A program made the translations under genes and the position numbers. The notes under the pieces are model-generated. The model searched no databases. It was not told the origin of the DNA and worked only from the letters and a program-made list of their open reading frames with translations. Positions 20,005 to 29,382 of a stretch of 64,000 nucleotides of DNA are shown one piece after another. The stretch spans positions 8,586 through 72,585 of the forward strand of contig JBHPIW010000011.1 of the NCBI GenBank assembly GCA_042568495.1, in the 5' to 3' direction. The first letter of the stretch is position 1; each line of letters starts with the position of its first letter. This DNA comes from Fidelibacterota bacterium (GTDB lineage: Bacteria > Fidelibacterota > Marinisomatia > SCGC-AAA003-L08 > TS1B11).

Positions 20005-21399
20005 GTGTTGAGATCACTGTTATATTGGCTCTATCAGAAACGCTGGCTGATACTGGCTATCGCCATCGGGACTCTGCTGTATCATCTTCCCTATCCTGAG
20101 GGCGTGTCCAAGGATGGCTATCGCACCATCATCCTCACCATCGTTGTTATTATCCTGATTCTCACTGAAGCGGTTCCCCTGCCTGGTATCGCCCTCTTCA
20201 TCGCCGTGATGCAGGTGAGCTTTGCCATCGCCAAGCCCTCCGAAGTCGCTCAGTCCTATATGAGCGATGCTGTGTTCTTCATTATGGGATCGCTCATGTT
20301 GGCAGTAGCCATCGTTCGCCAGGGATTGGATGCCAGACTGACTCTGGCTGTTTTATCTCTTACTGGTACCCGCGTGAAAACGATCATGTGGGGATTCTTC
20401 ATTATCTCACTCCTCCTCACATCATTTATTGGGCAACATGCCGTTGTTTCGATGCTGTTGCCGGTAGTCCTGACTCTACTCCGAAACATTTCGGATGAAG
20501 AACAAGAAATTCGCGGACTTACGATGATGATGCTCTTCGCCATTGCATTCGGCAGCATCATTGGATCCATCGGCACACCCTCGGGAGGTGCGCGTAACGC
20601 CATTATGATTAATTACTTTTCAGATTTCGGCCTAGCGAAAATCAGCTACCTGCGGTGGATGGTGTTTGCCTACCCCGTTATGCTGGTACAGATCCCGCTG
20701 GCCGGTTGGGTGCTCTCCCGGACCTTCAAACCCGAGGTTACCCGTCTGGATGATGCCGTCTCCAAGCTGAAAACTAAAGTCGCGGCGGCGGGCCCCCTCA
20801 CCAGTCAGCAGGTCCTGGCTATTATCCTGTTCATCATGATTTTCCTGGCGTGGGTATTCCTGAGTGAACGATTTGGTCTGGGGATCATTGCACTGGCAGG
20901 CGTCTTTCTCTATCTCGCCAGCGGATTGGTGCAATGGCAGGAGATCAATCAGCGAACCAACTGGGGCGTCGTTCTGTTGTTCGCGGCGGCGATCTCCTTG
21001 GGTGTGCAGCTGAAAAACACCGGAGCCGCACTCTGGCTCGCCCAACAGCTCCTGCACCTATCCGGTGGATTCCTGGAGCGTTTCGCGATCGCGCAATACA
21101 GCCTTGTTATCACCCTCACTGCAGTGGTTGCCAACTTTATAAGTTCCAGCGCCACAGTGGCGGTTCTGGGGCCATTATTCATGAACTTCGGAGGTGATCC
21201 TGTTCTGTTGGGAATGGCAACCGCCGTGGCCTCAGCATTCGGCTATCTCACTGTTGTGGGGGCGCCAGCGGGGATGATCATTGCTGCCACGGGCCTGGTA
21301 AGGGCCAGGGATTTCATTCGGGCTGGTTGGCGTCTGACCCTGGTTTCCCTTTCCGTTTTAATGCTGGCACTTTTATTCTATTGGCCTCATATTCAGTAG
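20005..21399 (+). CDS. Ion-transporter (IT) superfamily permease (ArsB/NhaD/DASS-like anion transporter)
   Basis: Polytopic membrane protein. Repeated hairpin-like segments with Gly/Ser/Pro-rich reentrant motifs (GSIGTPSGGARNA). Paralogous in topology to the downstream DASS gene. Confidence 0.55.
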   Translation: MLRSLLYWLYQKRWLILAIAIGTLLYHLPYPEGVSKDGYRTIILTIVVIILILTEAVPLPGIALFIAVMQVSFAIAKPSEVAQSYMSDAVFFIMGSLMLAVAIVRQGLDARLTLAVLSLTGTRVKTIMWGFFIISLLLTSFIGQHAVVSMLLPVVLTLLRNISDEEQEIRGLTMMMLFAIAFGSIIGSIGTPSGGARNAIMINYFSDFGLAKISYLRWMVFAYPVMLVQIPLAGWVLSRTFKPEVTRLDDAVSKLKTKVAAAGPLTSQQVLAIILFIMIFLAWVFLSERFGLGIIALAGVFLYLASGLVQWQEINQRTNWGVVLLFAAAISLGVQLKNTGAALWLAQQLLHLSGGFLERFAIAQYSLVITLTAVVANFISSSATVAVLGPLFMNFGGDPVLLGMATAVASAFGYLTVVGAPAGMIIAATGLVRARDFIRAGWRLTLVSLSVLMLALLFYWPHIQ

Positions 21400-21434
21400 T
21401 GGGTTATGATTAATACAGGTAGAGTGAAGGATTA

Positions 21435-22310
21435 ATGAGATTTCTAATAGCGGTTAGAAGCACCACCTATTCCGAGCGCACTCTGCAGATCGGAAGTCAG
21501 ATCGCCAACGCGTTTTCAGCCGACCTTTCAGTCGTCTACGTAGGTGATCGTCCGCCCGAATTACTCTCTGGCGGTGTCCGACTTGCTCGCGATGCCCTGC
21601 TGAATTGGGAGATCAATCATCCCGGTGTGGAAGTCCTGCGCTGGGCCTATCGACGTCTTCAGGACTGGGAATTTATCGATCCCTCCCTGGAACAGTTTGA
21701 TCCGACAAATTTGGTTGAGGATGCCGATCGCATCCGGGCGATCCTGCCACACGTCCATGGAGAAAAGATAAGACTCATCTTCCGCGAGGGGGATCCGGTA
21801 GACCAACTCCGGAAAGAAACAGAGTATCGGGATTATGTGCTATCCATCGTGGGTGGGGGCAATCGCAAGGGACTCACCCGGCAGCTTATCCAGTTCGTGG
21901 ATACCAGTATGCTATTCGTGAAAAACTGGGATCCCGAATGGAACTATAAGGTTCTGTTGTGTGCAGATGATTCCCAGGCAACTAAACGGGCGGTGGTATT
22001 CGGGGCTCAGGTGGCTCAACATTACAAAACCCAGGTGGAACTGCTAACCGTCAGTAAGACGCAGCGGTTCGGTGAGGGCTATCGGGGTGCGGCTCGCTGG
22101 GCACAGCGCTATCTGGAACGGGTGAAAGTGCCCTATAACCAGCACTTTGAAACCGGTGACCCCAGCTCGGTGTTTGTCGAGTTCGCTGGCTCTGATCATA
22201 TAATCATCATGGGTAAATCACGGATGAATCCAATCAAGGCTTGGTTTAGAGGTACCAAACCGGGCAAAACGGTATTGAAGGCTCACAGTCCGGTAATCCT
22301 GGTCCGTTAA
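21435..22310 (+). CDS. Tandem universal stress protein (UspA-family, two Usp domains)
   Basis: Two alpha/beta Usp-like halves (MRFLIAVRST...LSVVYV and KVLLCADDSQATKRAV...HIIIMGKS...SPVILV). Confidence 0.55.
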   Translation: MRFLIAVRSTTYSERTLQIGSQIANAFSADLSVVYVGDRPPELLSGGVRLARDALLNWEINHPGVEVLRWAYRRLQDWEFIDPSLEQFDPTNLVEDADRIRAILPHVHGEKIRLIFREGDPVDQLRKETEYRDYVLSIVGGGNRKGLTRQLIQFVDTSMLFVKNWDPEWNYKVLLCADDSQATKRAVVFGAQVAQHYKTQVELLTVSKTQRFGEGYRGAARWAQRYLERVKVPYNQHFETGDPSSVFVEFAGSDHIIIMGKSRMNPIKAWFRGTKPGKTVLKAHSPVILVR

Positions 22311-22434
22311 ATCAATCCTCAGCCTTCGTCGATCATTAGCGTTCGTACTCTCATACCTTCATTGCAATCTGTCAACAGAATCCACGAATATCAACGGGGA
22401 CATAAATAAGCGATTTAAAAATGAAGGATAATCA

Positions 22435-23850
22435 GTGCTAGACACCAGACGCGAAGGCCTCCGGTTGTGGGGCAAACTGGAGTTCCGCTCCGGTCGTGCC
22501 CTAGTGAAGGTTATAGCCTGTGGAGTAGTCGCGGCCGGAATTACCCTCCTACCTGTTCATCCAGGTCTGAATGATGCCGCACGCTGGACATTCTTCATCT
22601 TGATACTGGGAGCCGGATTGTGGATCACGGAGGCGATTCCTTCCTTCTCAGTCGCCTTATTAATTATCGCCTTGGAGATCATGATCCTTGGTCGACCCGG
22701 TGGTGTATTCGCTCAAACGCCCTCGGATTGGGAGATGTTTGTCCGGCCCTGGTCCAGTCCCATCATGTGGCTTTTTCTTGGTGGTCTGGTACTGGGTGAA
22801 GGTGCCCAGGCAACCGGTCTGGACCGCTTGTTTTCCCGGTATGTCCTGAGGTGGTTCGGGACTACGCCGAATGCCATCCTGCTTGGATCGATGAGTATCA
22901 CTTTTCTTTTCTCCATGTTCATGTCCAATACCGCCACAACGGCCATGATGATGTCCGTGATGGCGCCTATCCTGGTAGCTATAAAGAAGGAAGATCGCTT
23001 CGCCAAGGCACTTCTGCTGGGCATCGCGATTGCCGCCAATGTAGGCGGTATGGGTACCATCATCGGAAGTCCTCCCAATGCCATCGCCGCCGGAATGCTG
23101 AACGATGTCTATCCCATCGATTTCGCCCGTTGGATGGTCGCCGGTTTGCCGCCGGCACTGGTGCTGTTCATCTTGGCCTGGTTCTATTTGCGCTGGGCCT
23201 TCCCCTCCACTGCTACACATATTGATATATCGGGATTGGAGATTGGAACACGGACGGGTGCCCAGCTACCCATGTGGAAGAGATTAATGATCATGCCGGT
23301 GTTTGCATTGACGATTTTACTCTGGATGACCGGTCAGTTCCACGGCATCCCGATCCCGGTAATCTCTTTCCTTCCGATCACGATCTTTGCCGTCGCCGGT
23401 ATTCTGACGGTATACGAGATCCGTCACTTGCATTGGGATGTTCTGTTGCTGTTGGCCGGCGGACTTTCCTTGGGTGTCGCCGTCCGACAGACCGGCCTGG
23501 CTGAGTGGATCGTAACTCGTTTGCCGGTGGAACATCTTCATCCCGTGGTTCTGGCGTTTTTCATGGGCTACCTGACCATGCTGCTATCAAATTTCATGAG
23601 TCACACTGCCGCCTCCAATATTCTGGTACCCATTGGCATGGCCGTAGCTGCCGGTTTTGAACCACGTGTGGTGATTCCCGTAGCCTTGGGGGCATCCACC
23701 GCTATGCTGCTGCCGATTTCAACACCGCCCAATGCGATTGTATTTGCCAAGGGTAGCCTGAGAACGGCCGATATGGTTAAAGGCGGCCTGCTCATGGGGC
23801 TGCTGGGCCCGGCCGTAGCAGTGCTGTGGTGCCTCTGGTTGTTCCGCTAA
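22435..23850 (+). CDS. DASS/SLC13-family divalent anion:Na+ symporter-like permease
   Basis: SNTATTAMMMSVMAPI and GSPPNAIAAG (SPPN reentrant-loop motif) repeated in the two halves (second half: STPPNAIVFAKG). Confidence 0.7.
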   Translation: MLDTRREGLRLWGKLEFRSGRALVKVIACGVVAAGITLLPVHPGLNDAARWTFFILILGAGLWITEAIPSFSVALLIIALEIMILGRPGGVFAQTPSDWEMFVRPWSSPIMWLFLGGLVLGEGAQATGLDRLFSRYVLRWFGTTPNAILLGSMSITFLFSMFMSNTATTAMMMSVMAPILVAIKKEDRFAKALLLGIAIAANVGGMGTIIGSPPNAIAAGMLNDVYPIDFARWMVAGLPPALVLFILAWFYLRWAFPSTATHIDISGLEIGTRTGAQLPMWKRLMIMPVFALTILLWMTGQFHGIPIPVISFLPITIFAVAGILTVYEIRHLHWDVLLLLAGGLSLGVAVRQTGLAEWIVTRLPVEHLHPVVLAFFMGYLTMLLSNFMSHTAASNILVPIGMAVAAGFEPRVVIPVALGASTAMLLPISTPPNAIVFAKGSLRTADMVKGGLLMGLLGPAVAVLWCLWLFR

Positions 23851-23857
23851 TTAAAAA

Positions 23858-23887
23858 GCCCCTTTCCCTGCAGTCAGGAAAAGGGGC
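23858..23887 (-). terminator. Intrinsic terminator for the minus-strand CoA-transferase transcript (also sits 3' of the convergent DASS gene)
   Basis: GCCCCTTTCC/GGAAAGGGGC is a perfect 10-bp stem with a 10-nt loop. On the minus strand it is followed by TTTTTAA. Confidence 0.5.
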
Positions 23888-24020
23888 CTGTGCGAATTAC
23901 CGTGATCTTGAACCTGCCTGATTAGCTCCCGTCAAGCCATTTTGCGAACGCGTTAAAGTAGTAATCCCGTCCCAGGAAGTCCCGCACCAGCTCCACCATA
24001 TCAGTGCTCTGAGGCTTCTT

Positions 24021-25334
24021 TTAAAATACCTTCCTGACACTGAATCCACTCTCGAGGGCATATTTGTATAGCTCGTCCCTGAAGTCGGGATGAGCAATTC
24101 GAATAAGCTGCTCGGCACGCTGACCGACAGGTTTGCCGTTCAGGCTGGCGACACCATATTCCGTAACCACGTAATGCACGTCCCCTTCACTGGTAACTAC
24201 TCCCGCACCTGCCTCCAGGTGTGGGACTATGCGCGATACAATCTGGTCACCGGATTTAGCAGTGGCTGGAAGTGCAACAATGGGTTTACCCCCGGGTGAT
24301 CGTGCCGCCCCACGGATGAAATCCACTTGGCCGCCAATCCCGCTGTAAAAATGCTTGCCGAGACTATCGGCACAGACCTGCCCCTTCAGATCAATGGAGA
24401 GGGCTGAGTTGATTGCCGCCACCTTGGCGTTGCGGGCGATATTAAAGGGATCATTCGTATACTCACAGGGACGCATCTCCAGGATCGGGTTACTGTCCGC
24501 CCATTCGTACAGCCGCTTTGACCCGATCATGAAGCTGGTTACCACCTTGCCCGGATTAAGGGTCTTGCATGCGTTGGTGATAACACCTGCTTCCACCAGG
24601 TCCATTATTCCGTCGGAGATCATCTCACTATGAACCCCCAGATCCTTGTGGCCGGTCATGCTGCGAAGCGCTGCGTCGGGAATCTCGCCGATGCCTACTT
24701 GGAGTACTGCCTCATCCTCCACCAGGCTGCTCACAAGGTTGCCGATTTTTTGCTGAATTTTGGGCGGTTCTTCAACCTCGTAGGTGTACAGCGGATAGTC
24801 AACCTCCACCAAGTGCTCGATCTGGCGGACGTTGATGAAGGAGTATCCATATGTGCGCGGCATCTGGGGATTGACCTCGACAATCACTTTCTTGCTGGCC
24901 AGATAGGCTGCACGAACCACATCCACTGACACTCCCAGGCTGCAGTACCCCCATTTATCGGGGGGTGAGACCTGAATAAGCGCGACATCAGGCTGCAACT
25001 GCCGCAGATATTTTGGTACTTCTGATAAAAATGCAGGGACGAAATATGCTCGTCCTTCGTTTACGGCCCGCCGCACATTTGCACCGATGAACCAGGCATA
25101 GTGGGTGAAACTCTCCTCCATACCGGGAAGTACATAGGGCGCAGACTCCTCCGTGGAACCCATGGTCAGGATATGATGTACCTGGATATCGCGCAGCTCT
25201 CCCTTCCGCGCGGCCATTGCCTGAACCAGCGTTTTCGGAACTGCAGCACCTGAGCCCACAAATACCTTGTCGCCGGATTTAATGATTTCTACGGCTTCTT
25301 CTGCCGGAGCCCATTTCGCCTTGTCCGCTTTCAT
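24021..25334 (-). CDS. Acetyl-CoA hydrolase/transferase family protein (4-hydroxybutyrate or succinyl-CoA:acetate CoA-transferase-like)
   Basis: Full-length family pattern: ...VFVGSGAAVPKTL...LQVGIGEIPDAALRSM...GGQVDFIRGAARSPGGKPIVALPATAK... Confidence 0.8.
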   Translation of the reverse strand: MKADKAKWAPAEEAVEIIKSGDKVFVGSGAAVPKTLVQAMAARKGELRDIQVHHILTMGSTEESAPYVLPGMEESFTHYAWFIGANVRRAVNEGRAYFVPAFLSEVPKYLRQLQPDVALIQVSPPDKWGYCSLGVSVDVVRAAYLASKKVIVEVNPQMPRTYGYSFINVRQIEHLVEVDYPLYTYEVEEPPKIQQKIGNLVSSLVEDEAVLQVGIGEIPDAALRSMTGHKDLGVHSEMISDGIMDLVEAGVITNACKTLNPGKVVTSFMIGSKRLYEWADSNPILEMRPCEYTNDPFNIARNAKVAAINSALSIDLKGQVCADSLGKHFYSGIGGQVDFIRGAARSPGGKPIVALPATAKSGDQIVSRIVPHLEAGAGVVTSEGDVHYVVTEYGVASLNGKPVGQRAEQLIRIAHPDFRDELYKYALESGFSVRKVF

Positions 25335-25363
25335 GGTATTCTCCTCCTTCGTTCCGTTGTCGA

Positions 25364-25792
25364 TTACGCCAGCTCTTCTTCGTTATATAGCACAATCTCG
25401 GATTCAATCTCAACGGATTCATTGATAGTGTGGGTGACGGAACAATATTTCTCTTCTGAGAGCTGCACTGCCCGTTCCAGCTTCTGCTTTGGCAGATCCC
25501 TTCCCCAGAAATGATAGACCATCTTGATTTTGGTAAACTTCCGGGGCTGTGTCTCCGCACGTTCGCCGATCAATTGGATTCGAAAATCGCGGATCTCGAC
25601 CCGCATTTTATTCAGCATAAGTTCCACATCAATGCCGCTGCACCCCCCCAGAGCCATTAAAACCAGTTCAATAGGGCGGGCACCACCATCTTGACCACGG
25701 TTCTCCGGCTTGGCATCCATCACCACCCAGTGGTTCGATGGTCCCTTGGCAAGAAAAGTGCTGCCTTCTACCCGTCTGACTTCGACCTCCAT
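25364..25792 (-). CDS. OsmC/Ohr-family peroxiredoxin-like protein
   Basis: Both conserved Cys are present (ALGGCSGIDV and EEKYCSVTHT). Confidence 0.8.
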   Translation of the reverse strand: MEVEVRRVEGSTFLAKGPSNHWVVMDAKPENRGQDGGARPIELVLMALGGCSGIDVELMLNKMRVEIRDFRIQLIGERAETQPRKFTKIKMVYHFWGRDLPKQKLERAVQLSEEKYCSVTHTINESVEIESEIVLYNEEELA

Positions 25793-26048
25793 TCGCTATG
25801 CTCCTTCCAGGATGTGAATGCAATTTGATGTTGTTAAGATTCCATTGCCGTAAAGCTACAACCCATAGTACAGAACCGGAAAGCCAGAATTAGACTGTTT
25901 AGGTGCTGGCTGAGTAGTATATGCTCCTTTCGAGCGGCTCTTGCTGTTCTGGTCGGCCACAAATAAATCTATCTGTAGCGATTCCTTTCAGGCTTTACCT
26001 TTGCGATTATCCTGAATATGCCAACAGTCATTATTTGAGGGCTCAACC

Positions 26049-28469
26049 ATGCGCAATTTCTTCAAATGGATCGGTATCCTGATTCTGGTCCTGGTTATCC
26101 TCTTTGTACTTTTTCCTAATCTGCTCTTTCGAGTACCAGAACCCATACGCTCCGGCACCCTGAACCTACCTGGCCTAGAGTCATCCGTTATGGTGATTTT
26201 TGACGATTATGCTGTACCGCACATTTATGCGGGAAATGAACGCGACCTGTTCTTCACTGCCGGCTATATTATGGCCTCCGAACGGCTGTTCCAGATTGAC
26301 ATGGTCAATCGTGCTGTGCAGGGACGCTTGGCGGAGATGAACTCCGGATTGGTAAACGCCGATAAATTCCTGCGAACCTGGGGCTTCCATCATATGGGCA
26401 AGCAGATCGCGGCCAATCTGGAGCCTGAGAGCATGGGTATCATCCAGTGGGCATGTGATGGCATTAATGCGTATATCGATGGTCATCGAGATAACCTGCC
26501 CCTGGAATTCAAGCTGATTGGACATCAGCCATTGAATTGGGATCCATCTATTACCTGTGGCTTCGCCCGTCTACAGGGTCAGGACCTGAATGTGGCTTGG
26601 GTCGAAGAACTAGCGATAAATCATCTGCTGGAGACATTCGACGGGGACATGGCCAACGACCTGTTCCCTGGAGTCGTCCCAATAGACATACTTTCGGAAC
26701 CTTCCATGTCCGATGCAATTATTCCATTACTGGAAGCCACCAAAGATGTACAGCGGGACCTTCGAGCTGTTCTCGGCAATATGACCGGTTTTACGGCCAG
26801 CAACAACTGGGTGGTATCCGGCTCCCGTACCGGAAGCTTTCCACTACTGGCCAATGACATGCACCTGGGCTACTCCCAACCCCCGGTGTGGTATGAGATG
26901 CACTTGGTGGGGGGACGTTTCAACGTACGGGGAGTAGCCTTTCCCGGGATTCCCGCCATAATGAGTGGTAATAATGAACACATAGCTTGGGGCACCACGA
27001 ATGTGAGCGCCGACGACACTGACTTTTATATGGAGGAAATCAATCCGGATGATTCCACCACCTATCTTTACAAGAGAGATTGGATTCCCTTCACGTTACG
27101 GGAGGAAATTATTCAGGTTCGAGACGCAGAGCCGGTGACGTTCACCGTCCGGGAAACCGTACATGGTGTGATCATTAACGATATCAATACGATGGCGCGC
27201 CAGACAGACCGGCCTATCGCCATGGGTTGGACCGGTTATGACATCTCTGATGAAGTCACCGCATTTCTCAAGCTGAATCTCGCCACTAATTGGGACGAAT
27301 TTACCGAAGCAGCCTCTTACTATGGTGTACCGGGACAGAACATGATTTATGCTGATCGGGAAGGGAACATCGGCTGGCGGCCGTTCCTCAAGGTACCCAT
27401 CCGCAAGGCCGGTGGGAGTCTGCGTGTTCTGCCTGGAGCCTCAGGCGAGTATGACTGGCAGGGATATGTCGCCTTCAAACAAATGCCCTATCGCTTCAAT
27501 CCTCCTCAGGGCCATATCGCTACTGCCAATCATCAAATCATTACCGCAGACTTTCCCTACTACGTCTCCCACTACTGGTTACCTCAGTACCGCTTCCGCC
27601 GCATTTCTGAGCTGCTTGCGGCTCGTGATAGTCACAGCATAGAAACCTTTATGAGCACCCAGACGGACGTTCTTTCGGTTCAGGCCAGAGATATTCTCCC
27701 GATTCTACTGGGTGCCTTTGAAGGACCAGCCTCCGAGGAGGAATTGGAATCCCTGGTTCAGGATGCCTTGTTGGTGCTCCGTGATTGGGACTATTTCATG
27801 GATGCGGAGTCAACCGCCCCAACTCTCTTTATTACTTGGATCAAGCAATTGAAAAAGGCGATCTATAAAGACGAAATGGATCGGGCCGGCGATAATCTCT
27901 ATGAGCATTTCCTCAGTACCAGCTTCGATACGAAAAGCCTTGCTCGAGTTCTTACACTGGAGAGTTCTCCCTGGTTCGATGATGTGAATACACCGGAGCA
28001 GGAGAACCGCGACTCCATCATTCGGCAGGCACTGATAATGGCCGTCGAGGATCTTACCGAGCGGCTTGGCAAAAAGTCCACGAAATGGACCTGGGATCGT
28101 CTTCATACATTAACCCACCCCCATTCGATTGTTGGCGATGATGCGCTTGGCAAGTTCCTGAACTGGTGGCTGGGACTGAATGTGGGGCCGTTCCCCATGA
28201 GCGGTTCAAGCAATACCGTGAACGCCATTGGGCACAGTTCCACGGAGCCGTATATCACAAAGAACGGTCCCAGTGAACGCAGTATCATCGATCTGTCAAA
28301 TCTGGATAACTCTCGTATGGTGTTGCCGACCGGTCAGAGCGGCCACCCCTTCGACCGTCACTATCAGGACCAGGCCAAGCTGTTCAACAGCGGACAATAT
28401 CGCCCGGTGCACTTCAGCCGGGAGGCGGTGGAGCAGAACGCCTACAGCACCCTGATCCTCCAGCCGTAG
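26049..28469 (+). CDS. Penicillin-acylase-family Ntn hydrolase (S45; penicillin amidase or AHL acylase-like), secreted
   Basis: N-terminal TM/signal. SNNWVVSGSRTGSFPLLANDMHLG contains the Ser nucleophile at the start of the beta-subunit. 806 aa. Confidence 0.8.
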   Translation: MRNFFKWIGILILVLVILFVLFPNLLFRVPEPIRSGTLNLPGLESSVMVIFDDYAVPHIYAGNERDLFFTAGYIMASERLFQIDMVNRAVQGRLAEMNSGLVNADKFLRTWGFHHMGKQIAANLEPESMGIIQWACDGINAYIDGHRDNLPLEFKLIGHQPLNWDPSITCGFARLQGQDLNVAWVEELAINHLLETFDGDMANDLFPGVVPIDILSEPSMSDAIIPLLEATKDVQRDLRAVLGNMTGFTASNNWVVSGSRTGSFPLLANDMHLGYSQPPVWYEMHLVGGRFNVRGVAFPGIPAIMSGNNEHIAWGTTNVSADDTDFYMEEINPDDSTTYLYKRDWIPFTLREEIIQVRDAEPVTFTVRETVHGVIINDINTMARQTDRPIAMGWTGYDISDEVTAFLKLNLATNWDEFTEAASYYGVPGQNMIYADREGNIGWRPFLKVPIRKAGGSLRVLPGASGEYDWQGYVAFKQMPYRFNPPQGHIATANHQIITADFPYYVSHYWLPQYRFRRISELLAARDSHSIETFMSTQTDVLSVQARDILPILLGAFEGPASEEELESLVQDALLVLRDWDYFMDAESTAPTLFITWIKQLKKAIYKDEMDRAGDNLYEHFLSTSFDTKSLARVLTLESSPWFDDVNTPEQENRDSIIRQALIMAVEDLTERLGKKSTKWTWDRLHTLTHPHSIVGDDALGKFLNWWLGLNVGPFPMSGSSNTVNAIGHSSTEPYITKNGPSERSIIDLSNLDNSRMVLPTGQSGHPFDRHYQDQAKLFNSGQYRPVHFSREAVEQNAYSTLILQP

Positions 28470-28479
28470 GCTGCCCCTG

Positions 28480-29328
28480 GTGGATGCAATCACGTTTTGG
28501 CTGCCCTTACTGTTCATCGTTGGATCGGTAGCGGCAGCCGTGCGTTATCTTTGGTTCTGGAAAACACGCGACGTTGGTCTGCACCCTGAAAAACGCTTGC
28601 TGATCTTGGGCCATCGGGGTGCTCCCTCTCAAGCGCCGGAAAATACCCTGCCCGGTTTTCAGGCAGCCTTTGCAGCCGGATTGGATGGCATCGAGCTGGA
28701 TGTGATGGAGACCGCCGACGGCGAGCTCGTTGTCGCCCATGATTACGATCTGGAGTGGCATACAAATGGTACCGGCTTTATTCATGAGACCATGGCTGAT
28801 GTGCTTCTCCAGGTGAATGCCGCCCATCGTTGGGAACCTGATTTTCCATCTACGCCTATACCGCGGCTCGACGATGTCCTGAAGATTCTTCCGGAGCATG
28901 TAATTGTTAACATCGAACTGAAAACTCAGAATTGGTTTCATCCCGGATTCGAACGGAAAGTCCTGGCCCTGGTACACCAGTATGATCTTGAAAAGCGTAC
29001 TGTCATTTCCAGTTTCAATCCTTTCTCCCTGCTGAAGGTACGCTGGCTGGCATCGGAGGTGGCGGTTGGCTATATCTGGCGCAGAGATACACAGGTCCCC
29101 TGGTATCTCCGCCGACCCTATCTCCTGAATCTGGTACAGCCCCATTTCTTTCACCCTCAGGTCTATCTGGTGACTCGAAAATTTGTGGAGAAAGCCCATC
29201 GGCATGGTATGAAAGTGAACGTATGGACCGTGAACAACCGTCCGGTGATCGACTATTTGAAATCCTTAGGCATCGATGGTATTTTCACCGACTTTCCCGA
29301 GCTGATTACATCCGTAAAGGAGGATTGA
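28480..29328 (+). CDS. Glycerophosphodiester phosphodiesterase (GDPD family), membrane-anchored
   Basis: LILGHRGAPSQAPENTLPGFQAAFAAGLDGIELDVMETADGELVVAHD is the GDPD catalytic His/Glu motif block. Confidence 0.8.
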   Translation: MDAITFWLPLLFIVGSVAAAVRYLWFWKTRDVGLHPEKRLLILGHRGAPSQAPENTLPGFQAAFAAGLDGIELDVMETADGELVVAHDYDLEWHTNGTGFIHETMADVLLQVNAAHRWEPDFPSTPIPRLDDVLKILPEHVIVNIELKTQNWFHPGFERKVLALVHQYDLEKRTVISSFNPFSLLKVRWLASEVAVGYIWRRDTQVPWYLRRPYLLNLVQPHFFHPQVYLVTRKFVEKAHRHGMKVNVWTVNNRPVIDYLKSLGIDGIFTDFPELITSVKED

Positions 29329-29382
29329 CTCCCGCAGGATCAGGCCATGGTTCGGTTTTTTGATGCAGTGTTTTGAAAGGAG

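Noticed and set aside
22660-23225. His/Arg-rich antisense and alternate-frame ORFs inside the DASS permease gene (186-aa and 124-aa ORFs)
   Set aside because: Low-complexity translations of the GC-rich opposite strand or alternate frame of a clearly real membrane-protein gene. Similar spurious ORFs overlap the EMO, etfA, korA, PBP1A, TonB-receptor and kinase genes and were ignored.
23897-24118. In-frame codons after the CoA-transferase TAA (KKPQSTDMVELVRDFLGRDYYFNAFAKWLDGS) and the 73-aa ORF-track ORF there
   Set aside because: TAA is a strong stop and no selenocysteine or readthrough context is present. The region is the 3' UTR preceding the terminator hairpin at 23858-23887.
24021-25792. 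Possibility that the CoA-transferase/OsmC pair is a selenoprotein locus given Sec usage
   Set aside because: Both ORFs are continuous, with conserved Cys present in OsmC. No in-frame TGA or SECIS-like structure was seen.
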